NCBI GenBank assembly: GCA_016748015.1 | Contig: JAAOMT010000128.1 | Location: forward strand, 2,549,538 to 2,613,537 | From: Geosiphon pyriformis uo1 | Taxonomy: Eukaryota; Fungi; Glomeromycota | Length of the DNA stretch: 64,000 bases | Direction of reading: 5' to 3' | In this document: positions 1-11,615 of the stretch, piece after piece | How the letters are laid out: every line of letters begins with the position of its first letter | Position numbering within the stretch: position 1 is the stretch's first letter | Position numbers and translations under genes: made by a program | The notes under the pieces: model-generated | Databases searched by the model: none | Told to the model about the DNA's origin: nothing | The model's input: the letters and a program-made list of their open reading frames with translations, nothing else

Positions 1-66
1 TCCAAAACTAAGTCACCAACACTTAAAGAAAATGTTTTATAGGTCTNNNNNNNNNNNNNNNNNNNN

Positions 67-1716
67 AAGATTCCATCTTTTGTAATAAGATGGCCAAGGA
101 ACTGGGTGGATTGATGTCCAAAGAATGATTTGATTGGATTGATCTTGAGACCAGCATTTCTAAGGAGGTCAAAAACCTTTTGCAAATGTTCAAAGTGTTC
201 ATCCCAGGTTTTTGAGTATACCATTATGTTGTCCAAGTAGACTAGAACAAAGTTTTCTTTTACTGATTCAAATACTTTGTCCATTAAGCATTGAAAGGTG
301 GGAGGAGCATTTGTGAGACCAAAAGGCATGACTGTGAACTCGTAGGTACCATACTTGGTGATGAAGACAGTTTTCTTTCTGCTTTCTGGATCCATCTCTA
401 CTTGCCAGAATCCAGCAGTTAAGTCAATGGTTGAGAAGAAAGCGGCACTATGGAATTGGTCTAGCATTGCATCAATCTTGAGAAGTGGGTACATGTCTCT
501 TTCAGTAATGGCATTTAATTGGCGATAGTCAACACAAAAGCATAGAGTTCCTCCTTTCTTGGATACCACTACAACTGAGAATGCCCATTCACTCTTGGTT
601 TCCTGTATGAATCCAAGGGTTTTCATTCGGGTTATTTCCTTTTTGATAAACTCATCATTGCGCTGGTTGGATTGATAGGGCTTCAAATGGATGGGACAAG
701 TTTCTCTGGTGATGATGGTGTGTTGTATCACATGTGTACATCCAGGAGGTTCACCTTCTTTTGAGATAACTGGGCTGTTTCTAGCCAGCAGGTTTTCAAT
801 GTCTACTTTTCTTTCTTCTGAAGAGGGTTCTCTTTGTTCTACAACCAGTGATTGGATTTCAGGTGGTTCATTTTCAAAGGACTTTTGGACTTCTTTTATT
901 TTCTCTTGGGGTATCAAGCTGATTGGTTCTCAATCTTTGTAATAGATCAGGCAGGACATGCATTCATCGCTAGGAGAGTACAATGGTTTGTTGCACCAGC
1001 ACCAGGCACAAGGACCATGCCACCAATAACTGTATTTGGCTTTCTTGCCTGGCTTTCTGTTAAAAGTTCTTCTGAGCATGTCATAATAAGGCCAGCAGAT
1101 CAGCTTGCCATTGACAATGATTCCTTCTTTATCTGCCTTGACATTATCCAGTGGTTTGCCATTGCTAGTGAAGATGGTATAGGCGAGTTCAGCAGTTTCT
1201 TCTTGTTCTTCTTCTTTCTCACTTTCTTCATCATCTGATTCATCTGATTCATTTTCTTCTGGGCTCTGCTTGGGTACTGGGGGAGTTGTCCAATGGCGAC
1301 ACTTAACCACAATGGGTTTCTCACCACATCTGATGGTTAGTTCACAGAGTTCATAATCAAGCAAAGCCTTTGCTTTCTTGAGCCATTCATTGCCAACAAT
1401 GATGGTGTATTCTTTTGCTTCAGACACTTTCATATCAGTTTCAATGCTGATGCCATTGATGTGAACAGGAATAGCTTTGGCTATGCCAAGCTCTTTCTTC
1501 TTATCACCATGCACATTGGTCATTGGTCATGTGGATGGTTTATCAATTTTTCTGCCAATTGCTTCAAAAAAGTGTTTGGCAATAACACTAACAGATGATC
1601 CACTGTTTAGGATCAAATCGATGAAGTAGCCAGCCACTTGGGCTTTACAAATTAGAGAAGTGACATTGCTATTGTCAGCAAGTCCAGCTTGGCGAGGGCA
1701 TTTGTTGGTTTTGGGT
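67..1716 (-). pseudogene. pol segment (protease, Cys-rich linker, RT N-terminal half) of family A copy 1, misplaced contig piece
   Basis: RT motifs LCFCVDYRQLN and FWQVEMD on the minus strand. Ends duplicate 3119-3500 and 2827-3097 nearly exactly. Confidence 0.8.
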
Positions 1717-1736
1717 NNNNNNNNNNNNNNNNNNNN

Positions 1737-2150
1737 AATTCTATCAAATGGTTGACCAACAAAGATTGGATGGATATCTTTCTTGTGATTGGGTTTTCCT
1801 TTTCTTTGGCAAGTATCACAGGTTTTGATGTATTCAGCAATGTCTTTTCCCAAGGTAAGCCAATAATAGCAAGCTAAAGTTTTCTGAATTGTTTTTGTTT
1901 TTCCAAAGTGTCCAGCTAATGGATCAGTGTACATATTGTAGATCACAATTTCTCTTTCTTCAAATCTAATGACTCTCTGGGAGCGGTCAGGATCTTTTTT
2001 ATTTCTTTTATATAACTGGTTCTGGCAAATCAAATAGAAATTTGATTGTTTGTGCAAATGTTCTCTTTGCTGTCGAGTATAGTCCAGCGGGTATTGTTCT
2101 TTACCCAAAAATTTCATTAAAGCAGAGTAGTTGTCCAAGTTCATTATCAT
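1737..2150 (-). CDS. Integrase N-terminus (HHCC zinc finger) as a separate ATG-initiated ORF; truncated by an N gap
   Basis: MIMNLDNY...PLAGHFGKTKT...YYW...CDTCQ...PFDRI. Begins 59 nt after the RNase H stop at 2210. Confidence 0.85.
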
Positions 2151-2209
2151 GTTTGTTTGTGGGGGAGTTACAAATAATTAAGTTGGTTTGGTTTGAGAGG
2201 ATTTTACTA

Positions 2210-3890
2210 TCACTGGATGGTAAGTCTGGAGAGAGCGTTGGCGTTTTGATGATTAGCTTCTTTGTGGTGTTGAATGTCATAGTCGAATTTGTCCAAGTGG
2301 AGTATCCAGCGAGTTATCCGTTTATGTTCCAGGTTTTTTTTGTTGTATAGCCAAACCAAAGCTTGGTGATCTGTTACCACCAAAAATTTCACACCCTTAA
2401 GATATTTGTCCCAGTAGCTGGTAGCCCAAACTACTGCTAAGCATTCTTGCTCAGTGACTGAGTAGTTCTTTTCTGCTGGTGTGAGAGTTCTACTGGCATA
2501 TGCTATGGCATGTTCCCTGCCATTTTTGTCTTTTTGGGAAAGAACAGCACCAAGTCCATAGCCAGATGCATCAGTATGGAAGATAAAAAGTTGATTCAGA
2601 TTAGGTTGCATGAGGATGGGTTCTGTAACCAGTTTTTCCTTCAGAATTTCAAATGCTTTTTGTTGATGAGTGCCCTAGTGATAATTGATGTTTTTCCTAA
2701 GTAGCTGATTAAGAGGAGCAGCAATTTTGGAGAAATCCTTGACAAACTTGCAATAATAAGAGGCCAAACTGAGAAAAGAGCGTAGTTCATGAACATTTAT
2801 TGGTTGTTTAATGTTTTGAACTTTTTCAATTTTGGCTGGATCAGAGAAGATTCCATCTTTTGTAATAAGATGGCCAAGGAACTGGGTGGATTGATGTCCA
2901 AAGAATGATTTGATTGGATTGATCTTGAGACCAGCATTTCTAAGGAGGTCAAAAACCTTTTGCAAATGTTCAAAGTGTTCATCCCAGGTTTTTGAGTATA
3001 CCATTATGTTGTCCAAGTAGACTAGAACAAAGTTTTCTTTTACTGATTCAAATACTTTGTCCATTAAGCATTGAAAGGTGGGAGGAGCATTTGTGAGANN
3101 NNNNNNNNNNNNNNNNNNTGGTTAGTTCACAGAGTTCATAATCAAGCAAAGCCTTTGCTTTCTTGAGCCATTCATTGCCAACAATGATGGTGTATTCTTT
3201 TGCTTCAGACACTTTCATATCAGTTTCAATGCTGATGCCATTGATGTGAACAGGAATAGCTTTGGCTATGCCAAGCTCTTTCTTCTTATCACCATGCACA
3301 TTGGTCATTGGTCATGTGGATGGTTTATCAATTTTTCTGCCAATTGCTTCAAAAAAGTGTTTGGCAATAACACTAACAGATGATCCACTGTTTAGGATCA
3401 AATCGATGAAGTAGCCAGCCACTTGGGCTTTACAAATTAGAGAAGTGACATTGCTATTGTCAGCAAGTCCAGCTTGGCGAGGGCATTTGTTGGTTTTGGG
3501 TGTCTTTTTCTTTAGAATCAGGGATTTGCAAAGATCTTTTCTGAATTGTGGATGGGTCATTAATTGGCCAAAGGTTATATGTACTGGAGTTTCTATAAGG
3601 TCTTTGACAACAAAATAGGGACCGGATTTTTGTACTATTTCTGGGGGTTTTAACTTTGGAGAGTTCTTGAAAACTTTGGCTTTTGTGGGCTCATTGTTGT
3701 CAGCAGTTGATGTAGAAGCTTTATTGGGGTCTAGAACGAAATCAACTTTGGCTTTCTTCTTCTTTTTTGTGGATTCAAAGGGGTTGATTGCTAATTCATC
3801 CATGTCATGGTCATCATCAGTTAAGTTAAAAGCGTAAAAAGGGTTTTCTTCTGGTTGGCTTGTACTCTTACCCTTTGGAGGTACGCCTAC
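2210..3890 (-). pseudogene. pol fragments of family A copy 1: protease, RT C-terminal half, RNase H
   Basis: ORFs 3312-3803, 3048-3308, 2675-3064 and 2210-2611 with aspartic protease, YLD(D/N) and RNase H motifs. N gap at 3099-3118. Confidence 0.85.
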
Positions 3891-5440
3891 CAGTTTAAAG
3901 GCTGATAAACAGTGGCTTCAACTAGGGGATCCTCTCCAAAGAAATTGATGTTGACATAATTGGGTCTTTGGTTGGGCACATTGTTGTTGTTGATCCTGTT
4001 GTTCTGAGCATCATTGTTTCTGGGAACTGGTGGAGGCAGTGGAAGATTGTTGCAATCTCTTGAAAAGTGTCTAGTTAATCCACAGTGATAGCATACAGGT
4101 GGGCCACGATTTTGTTGTCTTTGATAAGATGATTGCTGGGGCTGATTGAAGCGTGGTTCAAATCTGGGTCTTTGTGGTTGCTGATTTTCTCTGACTGTTT
4201 GGACTAAGGGTTCTAATAACCGAGCAAGATTTGCTGTGAGTCTGTCTATTAACTGTTCATTTGGATCTTGAGTGTGAGTGGCAAAAGAAGTAGCAGCTAT
4301 TTGAAGGGCAAAAGCCATGACAGAAACAGGAGCAAAAACTGGTAGTGTGGATCCCAAGTGCATTCTTTGGTTGTCTTCAATTCTTTGTGCTAATTCAATG
4401 GCCATATCCATGGTGAGATTATCTTTCAGGGCCAGGAGGGGCCAAAGAGCATATGATAGATCAGTTCTCAATCCTTTTGTGAAGGAGTGAATTTTCTGCT
4501 CTTCTGTCCAATTTCTTCCAGTGTCTACTTGTTTGATTAACTTCCTGATTGCTTTGGCGTATTTGGTTACAACTTCACTGGGACTTTGGGTTCTTCTTTC
4601 CAATTCCATATGCCATTTTGATATTAATATTGGGGTTCTGAACTTGTTTTCAAACCGGGTAGTGAAAGAAGTGTTGATTTCTTCCACATTTGCTGGTGTC
4701 CATCTAACAATTCTTTGCTGGGCATTGGCATCTGTTTCTTGTGAGAACCAGGTAGCAGGGGATCCTTGAAGGTAGCCACTGACAATTTGGAACTTGTACT
4801 CATCGTCATATTAATTGGCTGTAGCAGCTCTTTCAAAGTCATCCAACCATTCAATTGGATCTTGTGCATTACCTCTAAATAATGGTATTGGGGTGTTGTT
4901 TCTTTGCCCTAGAGCAGTTTGTATACCTTGGAGGGCGGCCAGAATGTTTGCTTGCATGAGATCATTAGCCATTGGTTCAGGGGTAACTGTTTGTGTAGAT
5001 GAGTCTGATTCGCTTGATAAAAGATCAAAAACAGATGCAGTTTGATAGCTTTTTTTTTTTGTTTCAAAGAGAGTTTCAGTTGCTTGATGGGCAGCAATCC
5101 AAATGTGGATTTGATGATTCAGATATTCGAAATCAGGAGGCTGTTGTTCAAAGGTTGCAGAATATAAGAGCTGATTGATACTGTTGTTTCTTTCTTCAAA
5201 GTCGTTTTCAAAATAAGCTTGGTCAAAGTAATAGGTTGTATAAGCTGTGTAGGTTTCAGCTGAATGCTCGTTTAGGAACCAGTTCCAAAAGTCTTAGAAT
5301 TGTCTACTGGATTGTTCTTCAAGGAGGAAGCAGATCAAGCAGGAGAACAGAAGATTAAGTTCAATAAAACTTTGATCGTTTCTGTTGTATGCTGCAAAGT
5401 GTTCTTCTGATTGCTGTGGCAGATATGAGTAATCACCCAT
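3887..5440 (-). pseudogene. gag of family A copy 1 (in-frame stops)
   Basis: Retrotransposon capsid-like motifs (PIEWLDDFERAA, KIHSFTKGLR) and a zinc knuckle. Interrupted by stop codons. Confidence 0.85.
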
Positions 5441-5469
5441 ACAATGAGGGAATAAGTGAATTTTGACAA

Positions 5470-5486
5470 CCTCACAGGGAGCACCA
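5470..5486 (-). promoter_or_regulatory. Primer-binding site TGGTGCTCCCTGTGAGG, 6 nt downstream of the LTR
   Basis: Complement of a tRNA-like 3' end (CCTCACAGGGAGCACCA). Decayed version at 17266-17282. Confidence 0.75.
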
Positions 5487-5492
5487 CTTTTA

Positions 5493-6150
5493 TGTTATGG
5501 GTTGGAGTAACAAGCTAACAAATAGCAAGAGAGAACAGTATTGTATGGTGATGGAAATAAACAAAGAAGGAATTACAATAAGGGAGCGAATTGAATAAGT
5601 AGGAATTCAATGTGCATGATCAGTCTCATAAAAATCACAGTCGCTAATCTTTTTTTAAATCTGAAGATAGAGGAATAGTCTGTGATTGTCAACAAGATAA
5701 CACCACTGCTATTATTCTATGCCTCAACTCGGCGATTCTTAGAATCAATAACAGGTATCGTTGTACTTTTTAATTATTTTTTTATTCAATGAATTACAAG
5801 AGCAAGCCAATTGCTTTTCAGGCTAATTCTAACAAATACAAATCAAGAAGGGGAAAAGATAAGGTATGTGAATGCCAGCAAGTAGATACTTGAAGGTAAG
5901 GAAAGGGGAATAAGCGATTATGAGAAGAAGTTATTAATATTGTTTATTTCATTACTTTGATCATGTCTTTCTACAGCTAAGGGAATTATTGCTTATATAG
6001 CTATCTAAAGTGGTCAACAACCAGATCAATCAACGGTCAGGTCATTGATCAAGTCAACGATCACTATCTAAAAATAGGGTGGCTAATTATATGACATTAT
6101 TGGCTAATACATGTGATAATTAATAAAAACTATGTGTTTCAACCATAACA
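5493..6150 (-). repeat. 5' LTR of family A copy 1
   Basis: TG...CA ends with tgttatgg/ccataaca inverted termini. Homologous to the LTRs at 16537-17259 and 23584-24227. Confidence 0.9.
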
Positions 6151-6424
6151 ATATAATTTATGTTATACAAGATTTTACATTTTCTTGAGCAATATGTTCT
6201 ATTTTTTTTGACAATATGTTTATTGTTAAACAATATGCCATGATTTTTTAACAATATGCTTATTGTTAAGCAGTGTGTCATAATTTACTAACAATAGTCC
6301 ATTGTTAAGCAATATATCATAATTTTCTAATATTATGCTTATTTGCTAAGTTTTATTCTCTTATTAGTTTTATTTTTTTATCTGTTTTTCCTACTTTTTT
6401 TCTTGTATTTTTCTATAAATAACA
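6151..6424 (-). repeat. Partial family-B-type LTR (U3 side) interrupted by family A copy 1; contains a ~40-bp tandem array
   Basis: Starts atataatttatgttatacaagatt and ends ttctataaataaca, matching 11755-11924 and 15521-15672. Confidence 0.7.
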
Positions 6425-7130
6425 GTCTAATAACAATTTTTTCGAACATTTATGTTGACAAATTAAATCTTGGTATACAAATTTGGCTGTAAATTTTGCA
6501 TCTGCTTTTTGAATTGTTTTTGCTTCTGGCTATTTTATAAGATAGTCTATGGCTACTGCTATATATTAATTGCTTTTATTGATTATAGTTAATGATTTGA
6601 CTAAGTTAATTCCAATTTGATCAAATAGTTGTTTTATTTTAATTGGTTTTAGTAGTTTACTGGATCTTGTTCTTATCTTTCTTTGATAAACATTACAATT
6701 TTAAACATATTAGATAATATCTGAATATATAAATGGCTAATAATATTTTTTTCTGGTTTTTTTTATGGTTGTTTCTTTATAAAAATATTCTGCTGTCAAA
6801 TCTAAATACATATTGAACAATATTGTTTTTTTTTCTGGTTTTGTAATTATTTTGAGTAACTGATCTGAATTTTTTCTGTTTTTTTAATATAGTATATTTT
6901 AGTAAGTAATAAAATATTTTAATTGTTGTTTTATGTTGTTTTGTTCTTTTTAAGATAATTTTTTTTTGAACTATTAAGTATTAATATAATGTTAGAATTG
7001 TTAATATTTTTGTGTGTTTATTTTTTGTTATATTTTTGAGTTGAAATGTTTAGATTTGTTTTATTTGTAACAAGCTGTTAGCATTTCTATTTTTTTTTCT
7101 TTTTTTATAATATACAGTATAATTAAATAG
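6425..7130 (-). pseudogene. Heavily decayed Gypsy RNase H end plus integrase fragment
   Basis: Minus-strand translations IAVAIDYLIK*PEAKTIQKADA and RNANSLLQIKQI* match the IN and RNase H C-terminus of elements C and D. Confidence 0.7.
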
Positions 7131-8849
7131 TATTAGTACTTATTTTTTTAATCAATTAGTAAACAACAAAGAAACAAAACAAAAGAAAAAAAAAAAATAA
7201 ATAAATTAATATTCTGTTAATAGTCATAATTAAGAATTATTGGTTTAGTATGATTAAATATTAGATTTTATCAACATAAAGTGTTAATAAAATAAAATGA
7301 ATTAATATTTTTTTAATTAAATAATAATAACATAAATTTAGATAATAATAAATATTTTATTATTATGAGAATAATTATACTTTAAGTTATAGAAAACTAT
7401 TTTTTGAAGAAAACAATATTGTTTTTTTTTAAACTTTAATAAATTTTATTTATTCTATTAAATTCTTTTGAAATTACTTTTTCTGTTTTTAATACTCTTA
7501 CTATACAGTGAACTCTCTTTATAGTCCTTCTGGTTATAGTCACTATCTTCTTATAATCATATTTTTTTAAAAACCAAAACCATTTATATATAATATTATC
7601 TCCTTATAGTCATTTTTACTATATATATCTTCTTATAGTCCCTATTCTTACAAATATAATAGCAGAATATAAGTAATTTCCACTCTTTATAGTCACATTA
7701 TAATCATATAATATTAGATATGAACATCAGATATTATCTCATATTTAATCGGACATGTACAGTCAGGGAGATTTCCCAATTTGTCAATGGAAATCATTCT
7801 TTTTATGATAGTAAAAAAAATTAGAAAAGTTTTTGGAAATGATTGTAAAACACTAAAAAAAATTTCTTAAATATTACAACATTCAATTACTCTTCTTCTT
7901 TATAAGCCGCCACTGCCATCAGAAAACAATGACAGAACTATTATATCTGGCTTGTTGTTTGCAGGTATTATAAAAGTTTTAATAATAGTTGACATATGGT
8001 ACAGTACTGTTGCTCTTGGTGCTTTGAAGACTGGTAGTGCTTCAGAGGCTGGTAGTGCTTTGGAGGCTGTTGCTACAAGTATCAATAAAGTTACTCTGAA
8101 TCAAACTTTAGCTAACAAGATTACTTTTTTTCCATATTGGAAGAAGAAATTAACAGACCTACAAGTGAGAATAATGGTCTAATGGGATCCTCCAAGAACA
8201 AGTTTGTTAATGGGACATTGCTTAAGCAAATCAACTAGGAACAGAGTTTGAATTTACCTTTCTTTAGAAAGAGAAATGTGACTAGTAATAAAACTTAAAG
8301 CATGAAGATTCAGATATATACCCAATAAATACATTTTCACACCAACTTTGGCATCCGCAATTAAAAAAGGGTTCCATACTAGCAATTATATTCATCATTC
8401 GACCAATATTTAGTATTAACAAGCAAAAGTTTGACTGATAGTTTTAAAGATGTATTAAAAATCAACTTTTTGGGGCAAATAAATCCATGTTAAATGCTTT
8501 TCATAATCTAAACATAATTATGCAGAATAGAGATTCGGATCTAGACTCAACATATTATGTTTTAAAAATGCCAATTATAAATGGTAATACACCCAACCCA
8601 AGGTAAACAAAACTGTACACAATACAATATATTTCTAACTTCTTGAAGAATATTTATTAGGCTGTTACATGATTAACTTGATAAGCTTTGAAAACATGAT
8701 CACTTAAAAGAGGTATTAGAGAGTTAATAATAGCTAATAGTTGTAATTTTATTAACAGATTTACATTTTTTGATGATCTGCTTCTTTACTTGTTACTAGA
8801 ATTGGTTTCCAAGTACCTAATAATGTTTTCTTAATTCGCCTTGCTTTAA

Positions 8850-9720
8850 GAAAGTCTATTCTTTTTATCTATGCAATTTTACTGAATTTTTTCATTTCTT
8901 TGCTTAATATTCATGGCCAATATCACGAAAAACACAATTAGAGACATTTGGATTTATAAACTGTGTCTTTCTTATCTGAACTCGAAATTGATTTGATTCA
9001 ACAATAAAGCTAGGATGTGTATGAGACCTGTATATTTCACTTTTAAAATATTCAATAACATTAAAGAAGTTAGTATGCAATCTCTCAAATTTGATACAGT
9101 TACATGCTGCAATTTCCCAATGCTGTTGTGAAGGTGTAGAAAAAATTAATGATTTGAGCATTTTGTTAATTTCTTTAAGTATTGCATCATGACCTTGATG
9201 TTGATTTAAAAGTTTAGATTAAGAAATTACAATTCTTTCTTAAATCAGCTTGTAAACTTCAGGTTTTAATTGTAGCCATTGTTTTTCATCAGCAATTTCA
9301 ATTAATTGGTAAATAGAATAGCATCAAGCAGACCAAATTGGTACAAACATTTGTCTAGCTGCAAGTCTTAATAAAGACCTATTGAAACAAACTCTAGTGC
9401 AAAAGTTAATAATTGCTTGTAAATAAAAAAAGACTTGTTCATACTTTAACCTAAACATGGGATCTGTTTCATTTTGGGCCCATTCTAAGTAATTTTCAAC
9501 AAATAAATTTTTTTTAGAAACAACATATGGCCACATTAATTCAGAAGCCATTGCATGCCTATATATATTACATATTGAATCTCATGACTTATGATGATCA
9601 GGACATTTTTTCAAAAACTGCAGTTGACTTTCACTCTGATATCCCTGACATTGTGCAAAGTATTTTATATCGATATTCCAATTAATATAGACATTGCTGT
9701 GTTTAAAGAGCTTGACAACA
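8850..9720 (-). pseudogene. Decayed fragment of an unrelated protein gene carried inside the pogo element
   Basis: Continuous protein-like frame NWNIDIKYFAQCQGYQSESQLQFLKKCPDHHKS*DSIC...MASELMWPYV...QGHDAILKEINKMLKSLIFSTPSQQHWEIAACNC. No pogo similarity. Confidence 0.55.
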
Positions 9721-10066
9721 TGACATTGTGCTATCTTCTATGTAATTATGCAAGTATGTGAAGAATCAAATTGACAGCTTTCATTATTGATTATCAGTTG
9801 AGGGTAAGAGGCAAAAAGTGTCACAGATGCATTATTGAAATTAGGTTTCTTTTTACTGAGAATCTGTCATTTGCACTTAGAATCTTACAGTTGAATTAAA
9901 ACCTTCATTTTTATAATTTGGCCACTTTTTATAATTTGAGACACCTCATATGACATGGACATCTTACATGTCTGATTAGATATAAGGCAAAATGATGTTT
10001 GAGACATAACAGATACATCAACACATTATAAAAGCAAAATGCAATAAAAAGTGTGTTCTTATTAAC

Positions 10067-11615
10067 ATGCCAAAAAACACAAACCAAAAACAAGCAGCAA
10101 TCTTTTTGGAAACTAAAAAGACTCTTTGCCAGTACAAACTAAAGCATCTTGACTACTCAGCAAATAGACTTATTGAAATATTTAATCTAAAGATTGACCA
10201 CTCTACTGTAACAAAGATATTCGCAAAATCAGACTGATGGATTAAAAAGAATGTATCTAACAACTCTGGTTAATTGACAAAGGACAGGAAAGAGATGTTT
10301 CTGAAGATAAATGATGTACTGAGAGAATAGATGCTTGGAACACTAGATACCAACTGCATTCTTACTGGAAAATTTTTACAAATAAAAGCTCTCAAGTTTG
10401 CTAAAAAGTTTCTGGAAAAAAATAACTTTAAAGCATCAGATGGTTGGTTAGAAAAATTCAAGAAACGTCATAATTTGCATTATATTAAGATGCATGGCAA
10501 AGCAAACAGTGCTCCCTTGGAAATTTTACCAGAGAAATGAGAGAAACTGTGTGAGATTATCAGCAAATATGATCTAAATAATGTTTACAATGCCAATGAA
10601 ACAGCATTATTCTTTAGAATACCACCAAATACAACTTTGACAACAAAATCTACCTCTGGCACCAAGCATGATAAGAATCGAATTACCATACTTTTTGCTT
10701 GTAATACAACAGACAGCATCAAGTTACAGCCTTTAATTATCGGCAAAGTCACAAAACCACAATGTTTTCGCAATATTAATATGAATACACTTCCAATTAC
10801 TTATCATTACAATACAAAAACATGGATGTGAACTGATATTTTTAGTGAATGACTTAATTTATTAAATGAAAAAATGCATCACAAAAAAAAAAGATTTTGC
10901 TATTGCTTGATAATGCTGGTCCCCATGGTAGAAAATCTTCCATATTATCTAATATTATGATTAGATACCTACCATTCAATACAACATCCTATTTGCAACC
11001 ATTAGATGCAGAAATTATTGCATTTTTTAAGGCACAATACCAAAAGTTGTTTCTTTTTCATCTTATTAATCAATATGATAGCAAAATTTCAATATCAACA
11101 GCAATATTAAAGAATGTGATTGACTTTCTAATTGATGCATGGTCAGCAGTAACAACAACTACAATCCAAAACTGTTGGGAATTCTGAATAATAGTCAAAT
11201 GCCAGCCCATCCATTAGATATTGAACAAGAATTCCTACAAGAAGTACAAGTTCTTATTGAACACGTTGATATTGACAAGCTATTGGCAATAAACTTCATT
11301 AATATTGACAAGTTTAAACCATTATTCACTTATGCTTTAGAGGATAAAATTGTGGATCTTATTAATAACAAGTATAGTGGAAATTCTAATGCAAATAAAG
11401 ATTTAGAAAGTGAAAATGAAGATAAACCTTTGCCTTTGCTATCTATATATCAAGGTAAAATTGCACTTGAAGATACATTGCACTATTGTAAAAAGCAGTA
11501 TAGTGAAAAAGTTGATTTAAACTTTTTTAAAACTTTGAGAACATTAATTCATAATACTGTTCTCAAAGTTCAAGAAAAGAAAAAACAGTTGCAAATAGAT
11601 AGCTTTTTTAAATAA
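10067..11615 (+). pseudogene. pogo-family transposase (CENP-B/Tc5 HTH + DDE_1), disrupted
   Basis: FKASDGWLEKFKKRH, YNANETALFF, KNRITILFACN, LLLDNAGPH, SYLQPLDAEII. Multiple stops. Confidence 0.9.

Larger units (their letters stand above)
1..6150 (-). mobile_element. Ty3/Gypsy LTR retrotransposon family A, copy 1 (5' LTR, gag, PR, RT, RNase H, partial IN; internal pieces scrambled and duplicated by the assembly)
   Basis: LTR 5493-6150 (tgttatgg...ccataaca). PBS 5470-5486. Gag with CCHC knuckle (CYHCGLTRHFSRDC), protease LILNSGSS, RT VYLDNI, RNase H FHTDASGYGLGAVL, IN zinc finger (H..GKTKT..YYW..CDTCQ). Colinear with the copy at 16537-24227. Confidence 0.93.

Noticed and set aside
691-1238. 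Short antisense ORFs (also e.g. 2042-2350, 12969-13265, 33927-34175, 39026-39370, 51016-51423)
   Set aside because: Shadow frames of TE genes or translations of tandem repeats, with no protein motifs.
67-3500. Apparent tandem duplications of RT (67-338 vs 2827-3097) and protease (1309-1716 vs 3119-3500), and an integrase-protease 'fusion' ORF 1527-2150
   Set aside because: Near-identical copies end exactly at N gaps: overlapping contig ends of one element, an assembly artefact.
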